A DNA stretch of 63,775 bases from an uncultured Lentisphaeraceae bacterium (GCA_964482645.1 CAYZYQ010000004.1:1-63775), one strand, 5' to 3'. Counted from the stretch's first letter, positions 38,157 through 48,381 are shown. Notes: generated from the sequence alone by a model not told the origin. Numbers and translations: made by a program.

Positions 38157-39431
38157 ATGGCCATGAACAACGATTTGTTGGCGATCGTGAGCTATATTGA
38201 GCGCGAACGCGGGGTCGAACGCGAAATCGTGCTGACGGCGATTGAACAGGCGATCCAGCAGGCGGCACGGCGGAATCCGGACGTCACCAACGATTTGCGC
38301 GTGGCCATCGACCGGAAGGATCTCTCGCTCCATGTCTACGACACGCTTGTCGTTTCCGACGAGGATGTCGGTACGGGGTTCGTCTCCGTCGCCCGCGCCC
38401 GTCGCTTCAACCCCAACGTGAAGGAAGGGGACACGATCGAGGTCGAGATGCCGGCGTCGCGTCTGGGGCGCATTGCCGCGCAGACGTCCCGTCAGATGAT
38501 CATGCAGAAAATCCGCGAGGCGGAGCGTTCGAACGTCTTTACCGAATACAAGAACCGCGTGGGCGAAATCGTCAGCGGTACGGTCACGACGGTTACCCAG
38601 CGGCACGACCTCTACGTGCTCGTCGGCAAGACGGAGATGATTCTGCCGAGCAAGGAGCGGATTCCCACGGAGGAATACAACGTGGGCGACATGATCCGGG
38701 CGATCGTCCACTCCGTGAAGCCGGAGTCCAACGGCCCGGCGGTGACGTTGAGCCGCGCCTCCGGCAAGTTCGTCCAAAAGCTCTTCAATCTGGAAGTTTC
38801 CGAAATCGCCGATGGCGTGGTGGAAATCATGGGCGTGGCGCGCGATCCGGGCTTCCGCTCGAAGATCGCCGTTCGCACGCACGATGAAAAGGTCGATCCT
38901 GTCGGCGCGTGCGTGGGTTTGAAGGGTGCGCGTGTGCGCAACATCGTGCGCGAGTTGAATGGCGAGAAACTCGACATCGTGCGTTGGTCGGACGATATTA
39001 AAGTGTTCGTCGCGCAGGCGCTGGCGCCGGCCAAGTTGGAGACGATCGAGGTCGATCCGAACGGGGACAAGATCGTCCGCGTGACGGTGGCGCCGGATCA
39101 GTACTCGCTGGCGATTGGCAAGCGCGGCCAGAACGTTCGTCTGACGAAGGCGTTGACGGGGTGGCGCGTGGAAATCACGAAGGCGCTGGCGTTGGCGAGT
39201 TTCGAGGATCAGAAGGCGGCGGCCATCAAGTTGCTGGCCGACATGTTCTCCATTTCGATGGGCGTGGCCACGCAGTTGGCCGACGCGGGCTATCTGACGG
39301 TCGACGGCATTGTCGAGAGCGACGAGGCGGATTTCGTGGCGTCGACGGGGCTGGACGAGGTGACGGCGAAGGGCATCTACGCCGCCGCCCGGGCCGTCAG
39401 CGAACTGACGAACGGCACATCCGACCTCTAA
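38157..39431 (+). CDS. nusA: Transcription termination/antitermination factor NusA
   Basis: GRIAAQTSRQMIMQKIREAER, S1 and KH domains, ARDPGFRSKIAV, DPVGACVG, AIGKRGQNVRL. Start may instead be TTG 38151. Confidence 0.95.
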   Translation: MAMNNDLLAIVSYIERERGVEREIVLTAIEQAIQQAARRNPDVTNDLRVAIDRKDLSLHVYDTLVVSDEDVGTGFVSVARARRFNPNVKEGDTIEVEMPASRLGRIAAQTSRQMIMQKIREAERSNVFTEYKNRVGEIVSGTVTTVTQRHDLYVLVGKTEMILPSKERIPTEEYNVGDMIRAIVHSVKPESNGPAVTLSRASGKFVQKLFNLEVSEIADGVVEIMGVARDPGFRSKIAVRTHDEKVDPVGACVGLKGARVRNIVRELNGEKLDIVRWSDDIKVFVAQALAPAKLETIEVDPNGDKIVRVTVAPDQYSLAIGKRGQNVRLTKALTGWRVEITKALALASFEDQKAAAIKLLADMFSISMGVATQLADAGYLTVDGIVESDEADFVASTGLDEVTAKGIYAAARAVSELTNGTSDL

Positions 39432-39494
39432 ACCGAACGTTGCCGACATTCAAATCTCCTTCACATCGGACATCCTGAACCTGGAACTAACCAC

Positions 39495-42179
39495 ATGAGA
39501 GTCTACGAATTTGCAAAGAAAACGGGAACGACTTGCGCAACAGTCATGCGTGTGGCCGAGAAGAACGACATCGAGGTCTATTCGCCGCTGTCCGAGTTGG
39601 AGGATTCCGACGTGGAGGCGTTGAGCGCGGGATTCCATCGCATGGGTCTTGCGGCGCTGAAAGCCGAAACGCTCGCCGTGGCGGAGAAGCGCCGGACGAA
39701 AGCCGTGAAAGCGGCGGCCGCCCGTCAGCAGAAGGATCGGGTACAGACCGCCGAACTTGAAGCGGCGCGTCAGCGGGCGATCGCAGCGGCCGAGGGTCGG
39801 CCGTTTACTGCGCCGTCCGCCACGGCCGTGGCAGAAGTGCCGCCGCCCGCCACCGAGGAATCCGTCGCCGCACCGGTGGCGGAGCGTGAGGCCGAGGATG
39901 AAATCAAGGTGACACTCCCCGAGCTCCCCAAGGTGTCGTTCGAGATGTCCGAACCGGAAGAGGCCGACGACAAGGGCGAGTCCGACGAGAAGATCGAGGA
40001 CGATGACGAGGATGACGACGCGGACGACTATCTGCACGGCAAGGATCGCCGGACGGAAAGCAAGGCCCAGACGTCCATGAAGCCCCATCAGCAGCCGTTG
40101 CAGAAACCGGCCGCCGCTGGACGGAAGGGCGACAAGAAGGCCGCCCGTCCCGCCGAGAAGGAGAAGCCGGCTGCCGCGCCGACGGCCGACAAGAAAAAGA
40201 AGCCCGTCATCGCGGTGGCGCCACCGCCGCGTCCGACCCCGCCGCCGACGCGCGTGGGTGGAACGCGCGCGGGCTTTTCGTCCGTGTCGATGCGCGTGAG
40301 CCGCCCGCTCACGCCGCAGATTTCGATTGGCGTTGGCACGTCGCCCGCGCCCGCCGCCGTGCCGCCGCCGAAGCCGACGATTTCGCTGTCCGTCAATACG
40401 CGGGAAATCTCCGTGCGCGGCGCGATCGTGGTCAAGGAACTCGCGCTCAAACTCGGCATCCGCCCGAACCGCTTGATTGCGGACTTGATGGGCTTGAAGA
40501 TTCTCGCGTCGATCAACCAGCGCGTCGAGCCGGACGTGGCCGCGAAGGTGGCGCAGAAGTACGGCTACAAGGTCAACATCGAACACGCCCGCGACGCCGC
40601 GAACAAGAAGCCGGTTCTGAAGGCCATTGACGCGGACGACGAGATTCCAGAGGATAAGCCCGAGCAGATGAAGCCGCGGCCGCCGGTCGTCACGTTCCTC
40701 GGCCACGTCGACCACGGTAAGACGACGCTCATGGACTACATTCGCCACGCCCATGTGGCGGCGGGTGAAGCGGGCGGCATCACGCAGCAGATTTCCGCCT
40801 ACCAGGTGGACGTGCAGGGCCGCAAGATCACGTTCCTCGATACGCCCGGCCACGCCGCGTTCAACGCGATGCGCCAGCGCGGCGCCCAGTTGACGGACGT
40901 CGCCGTGATCATCATCGCCGCGGATGACGGCATCATGCCGCAGACCGAGGAGGCGATCAAGTTCGCCCGCCAGGCCGGCGTCCAGATCATGGTGGCCATC
41001 ACCAAGTGTGACAAGCCGACGGCCAACGCCCAGCGCGTGATGCAGCAGTTGCAGAAAGCGGGCCTCACGCCGGAAGACTGGGGTGGCGACATTGTTTGCT
41101 GTGAAGTCTCCGGTGCGACCGGGCAGGGCGTCGAGAATCTGCTGGACATGGTTCTCCTCCAGGCCGACGTGCTGGAACTCTCCGCGAACCCGGATCGCCG
41201 TGCGAACGGCTACGTGATCGAGGCCGAACTTGAGCAGGGATTCGGACCCACGGCCACGCTCCTCGTGACGGGTGGTACGCTGAAGGTCGGCGACGCGATT
41301 CTCATCGGCGAACATTTCGGCAAGGTGCGTTCGCTCATCGACGACCGGGGCCGCCGCGTGAAGGAGGCGGGTCCGTCGACGCCCGTCAAGTGTACGGGTC
41401 TTTCCGGCGTTCCGGAAGCCGGCGCCGAGTTCCGTGTGATGCTGGATGAAAAACGCGCCCGGACGCTGGCCGAAGAGACGGCCCGCGCCCGTAAGGAGCA
41501 GGAACTTTCCGCGCCGAAGGCACTCTCGCTCGACGACCTCATGAGCCAGATGAGCGCGAACGACAAGCGCGAATTGAGCGTTGTGGTGAAGTCGGACACG
41601 CAGGGTTCGCTGGAAGCCATCGTCGAGGCGTTGAACGGAATCAAGAGCGAAAAGGTCTCCCTCAAGATTATCGGTACGGGCACGGGCAACGTGTCGCTGA
41701 CGGATGTCAAGAGCGCGGCGGCCGGCCACGCGGTGATTATCGGATTCGACATCGGGTGCGATTCCGGCGTCCAGCAGCAGGCGCGTCACGACGGTGTGCG
41801 CATCAGTTCGTTCCGCATCATCTACGAACTGATCGACCATGTGAAGCAGTGTATGCTCGACCTGCTGCCGCCCGAATACAAGGAAGTTATCAAGGGTCAT
41901 GCGGCGATCAAGGCCGTCTACGACATCGGCAAGATCGGCAAGATTGCCGGTTCGCAGATGCTCGACGGCGTACTTACGTCGACGGCGCGTTACCGTATCC
42001 TGCGCGGCAAGGAGAAGATTTGGGACGGCAAGCTCCAGACGCTCCGCCACTTCAAGGACGAGGTCAAGGAAGTGACGGGCCAGCAGGAATGCGGCGTGTG
42101 CTTCCAGAACTTCGAGGACTTCGCCGTGGGCGACACGATCGAATGCTACCTGCTCGAAGAACTTCCGCGTTCGCTGTAA
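39495..42179 (+). CDS. infB: Translation initiation factor IF-2
   Basis: RPPVVTFLGHVDHGKTTL, AGGITQ, FLDTPGHAAF, DDGIMPQT, ECG. Confidence 0.97.
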   Translation: MRVYEFAKKTGTTCATVMRVAEKNDIEVYSPLSELEDSDVEALSAGFHRMGLAALKAETLAVAEKRRTKAVKAAAARQQKDRVQTAELEAARQRAIAAAEGRPFTAPSATAVAEVPPPATEESVAAPVAEREAEDEIKVTLPELPKVSFEMSEPEEADDKGESDEKIEDDDEDDDADDYLHGKDRRTESKAQTSMKPHQQPLQKPAAAGRKGDKKAARPAEKEKPAAAPTADKKKKPVIAVAPPPRPTPPPTRVGGTRAGFSSVSMRVSRPLTPQISIGVGTSPAPAAVPPPKPTISLSVNTREISVRGAIVVKELALKLGIRPNRLIADLMGLKILASINQRVEPDVAAKVAQKYGYKVNIEHARDAANKKPVLKAIDADDEIPEDKPEQMKPRPPVVTFLGHVDHGKTTLMDYIRHAHVAAGEAGGITQQISAYQVDVQGRKITFLDTPGHAAFNAMRQRGAQLTDVAVIIIAADDGIMPQTEEAIKFARQAGVQIMVAITKCDKPTANAQRVMQQLQKAGLTPEDWGGDIVCCEVSGATGQGVENLLDMVLLQADVLELSANPDRRANGYVIEAELEQGFGPTATLLVTGGTLKVGDAILIGEHFGKVRSLIDDRGRRVKEAGPSTPVKCTGLSGVPEAGAEFRVMLDEKRARTLAEETARARKEQELSAPKALSLDDLMSQMSANDKRELSVVVKSDTQGSLEAIVEALNGIKSEKVSLKIIGTGTGNVSLTDVKSAAAGHAVIIGFDIGCDSGVQQQARHDGVRISSFRIIYELIDHVKQCMLDLLPPEYKEVIKGHAAIKAVYDIGKIGKIAGSQMLDGVLTSTARYRILRGKEKIWDGKLQTLRHFKDEVKEVTGQQECGVCFQNFEDFAVGDTIECYLLEELPRSL

Positions 42180-42182
42180 GCC

Positions 42183-42566
42183 ATGGCCGTCGATCGTCTT
42201 GAAAGAATCAACGCGCTCCTCAAACGGGTCATCGGGGAATCGATGTTCCGCGTGTTGCAGAGCGATGATGTCAATCCGGGTGTCATTACCGTCACAGGCG
42301 TGACCTGCGGAAAGGATTTACGCAACGCCACCGTACGCGTCTCCGTGTTCGGCGACGACGCATTGCGCAGTCATGTCATGGGGCGTCTGATTCGTCGGAC
42401 GCACGAGTTCGAGCGGATTGTCAACCGCGAGGTGCGCATGAAATTCACGCCGCAATTGCGGTTCGTGGCCGATCGGTCGCTTGAAAAGGGCGACCATGTG
42501 CTGGCGATTCTCGATACCCTGCCGGGGGATGCGTCGACGGGGGCGGCAGCCGATGGCGAAGCTTGA
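42183..42566 (+). CDS. rbfA: Ribosome-binding factor A
   Basis: RLERINALLKRVI, ITVTGVTCGKDLRNATV, MKFTPQLRF; canonical position after infB. Confidence 0.92.
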   Translation: MAVDRLERINALLKRVIGESMFRVLQSDDVNPGVITVTGVTCGKDLRNATVRVSVFGDDALRSHVMGRLIRRTHEFERIVNREVRMKFTPQLRFVADRSLEKGDHVLAILDTLPGDASTGAAADGEA

Positions 42567-43278
42567 TTCGATTGCGATGGCTGCCGAGCTGGACGGGTTT
42601 CTGCTCGTCGACAAGCCGGCGAACCTCTCGTCCCACGACGCGGTGAAGGCGATCAAGACGCACTTCAACCTTGTGAAAGTTGGCCACGGCGGTACGCTGG
42701 AACCGAATGCGACGGGGTTGCTCGTCGTTCTGCTCGGCAACGCCACGCGCCTGTCGGGCGACGTGATGGGGGCGGATCGTGCCTATTCGGCCGTCGTACG
42801 GCTGGGCCGCGAGACGAACACGGGCGATGGCGACGGCGCGGTTGTGGCGGAGAAGGATGCCGCCGACGTGTCGCGTGAGGCGATTGACCGGGTGTTGCCC
42901 GAACTGCGGGGCGACGTGTTCCAGACGCCGCCGCCGTTCACGGTCATCAAAATGCCGATGAAGCCGACCTACGATGTGGTCGAGACGGATCCGGATGATC
43001 GGAAGGTTCGGATGGTTCATTTCTATCGGGCGGCCGTGACGGCGTTCACGCCGCCGTGTGTGACGTTCGACCTCCTCTGTACAAAGGGCGCGTCCATTGC
43101 CGCGTTCGCGTTGGAACTGGGCCGTCTGCTCGGCTGTGGCGCATCCATCGAGACGCTTCGCCGGACGTCGTGCGGTCGTTTCGATGTCGCCGACGCCTTG
43201 CCGCTCATGGAACTCCTGAAGATGGATCCGGTCGATTTGAAGGGACGTGTGCTGTCGCGCATGGGAGCGCGTGTGTGA
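42553..43278 (+). CDS. truB: tRNA pseudouridine(55) synthase TruB homologue with non-canonical active site
   Basis: LLVDKP, KVGHGGTLEP, TGLLVV, LRRTSCGRF; position between rbfA and ribF. Confidence 0.85.
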   Translation: MAKLDSIAMAAELDGFLLVDKPANLSSHDAVKAIKTHFNLVKVGHGGTLEPNATGLLVVLLGNATRLSGDVMGADRAYSAVVRLGRETNTGDGDGAVVAEKDAADVSREAIDRVLPELRGDVFQTPPPFTVIKMPMKPTYDVVETDPDDRKVRMVHFYRAAVTAFTPPCVTFDLLCTKGASIAAFALELGRLLGCGASIETLRRTSCGRFDVADALPLMELLKMDPVDLKGRVLSRMGARV

Positions 43279-44120
43279 TGCGGTTGGCCGTCGGTTTTTT
43301 TGACGGCGTTCATCTGGGGCATCGGCGTATCCTTGCGTCGGCCGATGCGGCGTTGACGTTTCGCAACCATCCCGCGACGGTTTTTGCGCCCGCCCGTGCG
43401 CCGCATCTCCTCATGACGGCGACGGAACGTCTCGATGCCTTGGCGCATCGCGTGTTGCACGTCCATGCGCTTGATTTCACGCCCGCGTTGGCCGAAAAAT
43501 CGGCCGATGATTTCGCGGACTGGTTGCGCCGTCAGTTTCCCGATTTGGAGGCGATTTGCTGCGGGCCGAACTGGACGTTCGGCAAAGGCGGCGTGGGGAC
43601 GGCGGATTTTCTGCGGGCGCGGGGTTTCGTTGTCGAGACCGTTCCATTCGTCGTGCAGAACGGCGAACCCGTTTCTTCCACGCGCATCCGCCGGGCGATT
43701 GCGGCGGGCGACATGGCGGCGGCCGCCGCGATGCTGGGGCGGCCGTGGCGCGTCGTAGGCGAGGTCTTTGCGGGCAAGGGGTTGGGGCGTGCGCTGGGCA
43801 CACCCACGCTTAACGTGCGTTGGTCGGCGGAGCGGATCTGTCCGCCACGTGGTGTCTATGCGGTTGAAACGGATTTCGGACGCGGCGTGGCGAACTTCGG
43901 CGTCGCGCCGACGCTCGGAACGCGGGCTTGGTCAGATCCTGTCCTGGAAGTTCACCTGTTGGCGGCGGCGGACGTTCCCGCCGTGCGGACGCTCTCCGTC
44001 GCGTTCTTGAAGTACCTGCGGCCGGAGCGGACGTTCGCGTCGTTGGCGGAACTGCAAAGCCAAATTGTGCGGGACGCAGACGCGGCGCGGCTTATTTCTT
44101 CATCTTCAACCAGTCTGTGA
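43278..44120 (+). CDS. ribF: Bifunctional riboflavin kinase/FAD synthetase
   Basis: GFFDGVHLGH, VSSTRIR, GRALGTPTLN, GVY, LEVHL, LRPERTF. Confidence 0.92.
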   Translation: MRLAVGFFDGVHLGHRRILASADAALTFRNHPATVFAPARAPHLLMTATERLDALAHRVLHVHALDFTPALAEKSADDFADWLRRQFPDLEAICCGPNWTFGKGGVGTADFLRARGFVVETVPFVVQNGEPVSSTRIRRAIAAGDMAAAAAMLGRPWRVVGEVFAGKGLGRALGTPTLNVRWSAERICPPRGVYAVETDFGRGVANFGVAPTLGTRAWSDPVLEVHLLAAADVPAVRTLSVAFLKYLRPERTFASLAELQSQIVRDADAARLISSSSTSL

Positions 44121-46038
44121 ACTTCTGCTTGTTGTAGGTCGTGGATGGATTTTCCAACGGGCCTTCGATGCGGAACTCGAAGAGGAGTTTGGAGAGGTGT
44201 GCGACAGACCATGAAATCGGCATGGTGATTTGGGTGTACCATTCGTCGGGCTTGGTGAACGAGACGTTCGCCTTCAAATCGAGATGATCGCGGGGGAGGT
44301 CGTAGGAACCGGATGCGTGGATGGAGAAGACCTTGCCGTCGATGAGGATGTTCGACGTGCGGAAAACGCCGTTGCTGATGGTGAAGTCGAGGCTGGCCTG
44401 CGACTGGTTGACGACGAGGGGGAGACCCGGGACGTGCTTGGCGAGCGTGGCGGTGAGTCCGGAAAAGATTTTCAACTGGGCCAGATAGCCGTCCGCGCAA
44501 ACGACGTGGCCGTGTCCGTTGAGTCGGTCGAGGCTGTCGCTCCGGAGCGGGCCGGCGAGCGTGACGGTGCCCGCAACGCGGCCATGCCGGTCGCCGACGT
44601 CGAACGCGAAGACGTCGGCGATGTCTTTCAACGGCAGATCGCCGCCCGTGATGGATACGGAGTAGGTGGCGTGGTCTTGTTTGAAGTCGGGGATGGACAA
44701 GCGGGCCGAGCCGGTCAGCGTGCCGCTGTGCGGCCCTTCGGCGCGGGCGTCCGCGAACGTGATGTCCGTGTCTTTCAGATGAAACGCGGCGGCGGCGTTG
44801 CGGAGGGGAATGCCGAAGAACGTGCCTTTCTCGAACGCGACAGTACCGTGCAAGTCGTTGAGGCGGGCATGGGTGGGGTTGACGGCCAGTCGCCCGTTGA
44901 GTGAAAGGCGCGGCGTCGTTTCCGGCACGAGGCAGTCGAGCGTCCCGTCGTTCATGACGTCCGCCACGGCGAGCGCGTTGGAAAGCGAGGTGGCGGATCG
45001 CACGTCGAAGTCCACGTAACCGATATCGTTCGTGTTGCGGTAGTAGACCGTACCGTCCATCGACGTGCCGTCCGCCAGTTGTGCGTCGAGAGGGCCGATT
45101 TTGATGTCCGCATTCTGGAACGTGTCGCGCACGAAAACGCGGATGTCGAGTTCGCCGGCGACGCCTTTGAGAGGGACGTTGTTGTAGCGGCCGCCGCGCG
45201 GGTGGAGTTTGAGGTAGATGTTGAGGTCGTTGTTGCGCAGGTTGACGTTGAATGCGCACGTCGCGTCGACGGGTTGTTCGATGTAGGTGAAGTCTTCGAT
45301 GAAGGGGATGGCATTGGTGATGTCGATTGTCTGCAACATGGGTACGATGTTCTGCGGCCGCGCCTGGCCGTCCACGCGGCCACGGACGAGCTGCCGGCCG
45401 ACGTCGAGTTCCATTCCGCCGTCGAGCGCCATGGGGACGTCCGCGTCCCGCCACTGGAGGTGAAGCCCTCGCGCCGTCATTGTCTCTTGCGTGAACTCGA
45501 CGTTTTTGATGTCGACGAACTTCGGCGTGACGCCGAGGATGTCTGGATTTTCCAGCCGGACGCTGAACGGGTGGATACGCGCCATTTGGAAGACGAGCGG
45601 TTCGTCCTTCTCCTGGAAGTCCGGTTGGCCGGGAAATTCGATTGAATCGGGGATGTAGTAGCCTTCGGGAAGGCGCGGGTAGACGAGCCGGTCGATCGTG
45701 ACGCGCCGAAGCAGCCGTTCCCATGCCCAGGGAAGGCGCGTCAGGTTCAGTTCGAGGGCGACACGCCGGGCGGCGATGACGGGCGCCGCGTGCGGGCGCG
45801 TGGCGTCGAGAACACGGACGTCCCGCAACGTCACGCCGTGGATGAAATGGAACGAGGCCGATCCCACGTGGACGACGAATCCGCCCGTCGACAATTTGTC
45901 CGTCGCATACCGCAGAAGGGACGAGGGGATTTTCTGTTCGCAGAAGACAACCGCGCCAAGGGCGAAGAAGAACAGAATGAAATGGAAGAGAAGCAAATAT
46001 TTCAGAACTCGTCCGAAACCCGCAAGGAAACTTCTCAT
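44092..46038 (-). CDS. AsmA-like (AsmA_2/TamB-related) envelope protein
   Basis: N-terminal TM anchor; C-terminal SLDFTISNGVFRTSNI...GSYDL...LFEFRIEGPLENP. Start reset to ATG 46038 because the track's start lies inside tRNA genes. Confidence 0.7.
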   Translation of the reverse strand: MRSFLAGFGRVLKYLLLFHFILFFFALGAVVFCEQKIPSSLLRYATDKLSTGGFVVHVGSASFHFIHGVTLRDVRVLDATRPHAAPVIAARRVALELNLTRLPWAWERLLRRVTIDRLVYPRLPEGYYIPDSIEFPGQPDFQEKDEPLVFQMARIHPFSVRLENPDILGVTPKFVDIKNVEFTQETMTARGLHLQWRDADVPMALDGGMELDVGRQLVRGRVDGQARPQNIVPMLQTIDITNAIPFIEDFTYIEQPVDATCAFNVNLRNNDLNIYLKLHPRGGRYNNVPLKGVAGELDIRVFVRDTFQNADIKIGPLDAQLADGTSMDGTVYYRNTNDIGYVDFDVRSATSLSNALAVADVMNDGTLDCLVPETTPRLSLNGRLAVNPTHARLNDLHGTVAFEKGTFFGIPLRNAAAAFHLKDTDITFADARAEGPHSGTLTGSARLSIPDFKQDHATYSVSITGGDLPLKDIADVFAFDVGDRHGRVAGTVTLAGPLRSDSLDRLNGHGHVVCADGYLAQLKIFSGLTATLAKHVPGLPLVVNQSQASLDFTISNGVFRTSNILIDGKVFSIHASGSYDLPRDHLDLKANVSFTKPDEWYTQITMPISWSVAHLSKLLFEFRIEGPLENPSTTYNKQKFTDWLKMKK

Positions 46039-46076
46039 GCCTGAACCCTCGAACCGCTTAACGCGCTGAAACCGAT

Positions 46077-46151
46077 TGGCAGCCCCCAGGAGAGTCGAAC
46101 TCCTCTTCTTAGGATGAGAACCTAATGTCCTAGCCGATAGACGAGGGGGCC
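46077..46151 (-). tRNA. tRNA-Glu (CUC)
   Basis: GGCCCCC...GGGGGCT-G-CCA; anticodon loop TTCTCAT. Confidence 0.95.
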
Positions 46152-46155
46152 AGTC

Positions 46156-46240
46156 TGGTGCACCCGGTGGGAGTCGAACCCACACACCTTGCGGCACAAG
46201 AACCTGAATCTTGCGTGTATGCCAATTTCACCACGGGTGC
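46156..46240 (-). tRNA. tRNA-Leu (CAG)
   Basis: GCACCCG...CGGGTGC-A-CCA; anticodon loop TTCAGGT; long variable arm. Confidence 0.95.
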
Positions 46241-46251
46241 GATTGGGGGAT

Positions 46252-46280
46252 AGTATGCCATAATCTCCGTCCGTCGTCAA
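46252..46280 (-). promoter_or_regulatory. Promoter of the tRNA-Leu/tRNA-Glu pair
   Basis: TTGACG-17 bp-CATACT on the minus strand. Confidence 0.7.
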
Positions 46281-46374
46281 CCCCCGCCGTCGGGAATTTT
46301 GCGAGGGCGGAAATCCCAAATTCAATTTTAGATTTCCGCCCTCGTCGGGGGCGGTTGTGGTATAATGGCTTGGA

Positions 46375-46935
46375 ATGAAGAGATTGTTCATACTCGCCGG
46401 GGCGAACGGTAGTGGCAAGAGCACGATAGCAAAAGTTCTTTTGCCGTCTGAGAAGATTGACTACGTCAATCCAGATGATATTGCGCGTGAACTGAATCCG
46501 CAAGATTTCACTTCCGTAAAGATTGCCGCTGGTCGGGAGGCTCTGCGCCGTATTGACGATCTGATAATACGGAATAAATCGTTTGCCATAGAATCAACAC
46601 TTTCCGGCCTTACCTACGTTAAAACGATTGAGCGAGCCAAAAGGGCGGGATACACGACGATATTGGCTTATGTGTACGTTGATTCCGCAGATGTATGCAT
46701 CGCCCGTATAATTGCGCGGGTTAAGAACGGTGGTCATCCTGTTCCCGATGTCGATGTTCGTCGTCGGTATGTGCGCAGCAAACGGAACTTCCTTGACGTT
46801 TATGCGTCATTGGTAGATCATTGGATGCTTTACTACAACGGAGGTTCCGACCTGTCGTTGGTTGCGCATGGGAACGGAAGCGTCAACGTACTTTCGCAGG
46901 AGCGTTTTTCCGCGTTCAAGGAGGATTTATGCTAG
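46375..46935 (+). CDS. Zeta-toxin-like P-loop kinase/ATPase (COG4185-type)
   Basis: ILAGANGSGKST, YVNPDDIA, SFAIESTLSG, RVKNGGHPVP, DVRRRY. Confidence 0.85.
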   Translation: MKRLFILAGANGSGKSTIAKVLLPSEKIDYVNPDDIARELNPQDFTSVKIAAGREALRRIDDLIIRNKSFAIESTLSGLTYVKTIERAKRAGYTTILAYVYVDSADVCIARIIARVKNGGHPVPDVDVRRRYVRSKRNFLDVYASLVDHWMLYYNGGSDLSLVAHGNGSVNVLSQERFSAFKEDLC

Positions 46936-47141
46936 ATATTGTTGAAAAAATGACACGCATCGGAAACGCTGCGGTCAAGGCCGCTCAGGAGGAGAATCGT
47001 CGTAACGGCATTGCAAACGTCTATGTTTTGAACGGACGGCTCGTCTGGCAGTTACCTGATGGAAGTATTACGACAAACCCTCCTACCGATACGAATTTAC
47101 CAACCGTCCCGCCTCATTCGTTTGCGAGCAGGAAGTCGTAG
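46929..47141 (+). CDS. Small protein coupled to the zeta-like ATPase (putative antitoxin/partner)
   Basis: Overlaps the upstream stop; IGNAAVKAAQEENRRNGIANVYVLNGRLVWQLPDG resembles small partners of such ATPases. Confidence 0.65.
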   Translation: MLDIVEKMTRIGNAAVKAAQEENRRNGIANVYVLNGRLVWQLPDGSITTNPPTDTNLPTVPPHSFASRKS

Positions 47142-48319
47142 GCGTTGATTTGGCGGACGCCGTTGTTGTCGGCGGGCAAGTCCATGTCAAGTGTGATGAG
47201 CGTTTTGGGATGGTGGTCGCGGATGGATAGAAGGGGCGCGAATTCGCGTTCGCGCGTTGCCGCGTCGCGCACGGTTTCCGCGACTTGGTAGTAGCGTACG
47301 TCGTCTCCGTCCCGTGTGACGAAGTCGACCTCGCGTCCGCCGTGCTGTCCGACCATGACGTTCCGCGACCGTCGGAGGAGTTCGAGGTAGACGACGTTTT
47401 CGAGGATGTGGCCTGAATCGCCAGAACGATTGCCCAGAAGGCGGTATCGAAGGCCGATGTCGGACGCATAGTACTTGCAACCGCTTGAGAGAAGTTCCCG
47501 TCCGCGAATGTCATAGCGTTCGGCTTTCCAGAACAGGAACGCATCGCACAATGCGGCCACGTAGCTTTCAACCGTGGTGCCGTTCGTCTTCATGCCACCG
47601 GTGGAAAGCGACCCCGCGATGTTTCGCAGACTCGTCACGTTTCCGATGTTGTCGAAAAGATAGCGTGCGATGCGATCGACCAGCCCTGCATCGGAAAGTC
47701 TTCGCCGTTGGAGGACGTCCTTGACGAGAACCGTGTTGTAGATACCGTCCAGATACGTTCCGACAAGTCCCGCATCTCGTCCAAGCGACACGGCATAGGG
47801 GAATGAACTGAAACGCAAATAATCGAGATATTGCGCGGCGTAGTCGCCCTGTGCGCCGACGGCCGTGCAATACTCACGGAAAGAAAGCGGTTGCATCCGT
47901 AATCCAACGTAGCGTCCTGACAAGTAGGTGGCTAATTCGCCGGAAAGCATATAGGCATTTGAACCCGTGATGTAGACATCGATGTCCGCTCGGGCATGAA
48001 GCCCGTCGACCAGTCTTTCAAATTGGGGAATGCGTTGTACCTCATCTAGGAAAATGTAGGTGCGTTCATGTTTGGAAAGGCGCAGCTTGATGTCGTTCCA
48101 GATGTCCCGCCATGTGTCGAACGCCGGCGTGTCGGGGTCTTCAAAATTCAGAACGACCATCTGCTTTTCTGAAACGCCGCTTTCAGCCAGTTTCTTCCGA
48201 AACAACGCAAGCAGGGTGGATTTGCCACACCGCCGAATGCCCGTCACGACCTTGATGAGGTCGTGATCCCGCCAGCGTTCAAGCCAGTGCGTGTAAAAAG
48301 GGCGATCAATGTAGGTCAT
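47114..48319 (-). CDS. AAA+ ATPase with DUF4143 (COG1373-type)
   Basis: VVTGIRRCGKSTLL, IFLDEVQ, YITGSN, KYYASDIGLR, LENVVYLEL, EVDFV, YYQV. Confidence 0.9.
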   Translation of the reverse strand: MTYIDRPFYTHWLERWRDHDLIKVVTGIRRCGKSTLLALFRKKLAESGVSEKQMVVLNFEDPDTPAFDTWRDIWNDIKLRLSKHERTYIFLDEVQRIPQFERLVDGLHARADIDVYITGSNAYMLSGELATYLSGRYVGLRMQPLSFREYCTAVGAQGDYAAQYLDYLRFSSFPYAVSLGRDAGLVGTYLDGIYNTVLVKDVLQRRRLSDAGLVDRIARYLFDNIGNVTSLRNIAGSLSTGGMKTNGTTVESYVAALCDAFLFWKAERYDIRGRELLSSGCKYYASDIGLRYRLLGNRSGDSGHILENVVYLELLRRSRNVMVGQHGGREVDFVTRDGDDVRYYQVAETVRDAATREREFAPLLSIRDHHPKTLITLDMDLPADNNGVRQINAYDFLLANE

Positions 48320-48381
48320 GGCAAAATTCCTCAATGAAGAAGACGCGGACAGTAAATCATTTTCTGACCGCACAGTCAAGG

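Noticed and set aside
39450-42050. 866-aa minus-strand ORF (also 4613-6397, 7462-8688, 19850-21217, 21908-23599, 23554-24747, 38100-39449, 54843-56009)
   Set aside because: Each mirrors a well-supported gene on the opposite strand.
44092-44120. 29-bp convergent overlap of ribF and the AsmA-like gene
   Set aside because: A common result of stop-codon drift; no further signal.
43952-45724. 590-aa ORF and other alternative-frame ORFs
   Set aside because: Arg/Pro-rich off-frame translations overlapping real genes.
46039-46197. N-terminal extension of the AsmA-like ORF
   Set aside because: Runs through two tRNA genes; ATG 46038 is the credible start.
46077-46240. tRNA-targeted prophage or ICE
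   Set aside because: No duplicated tRNA 3' end, integrase or phage genes; the accessory genes lie on the 5' side.
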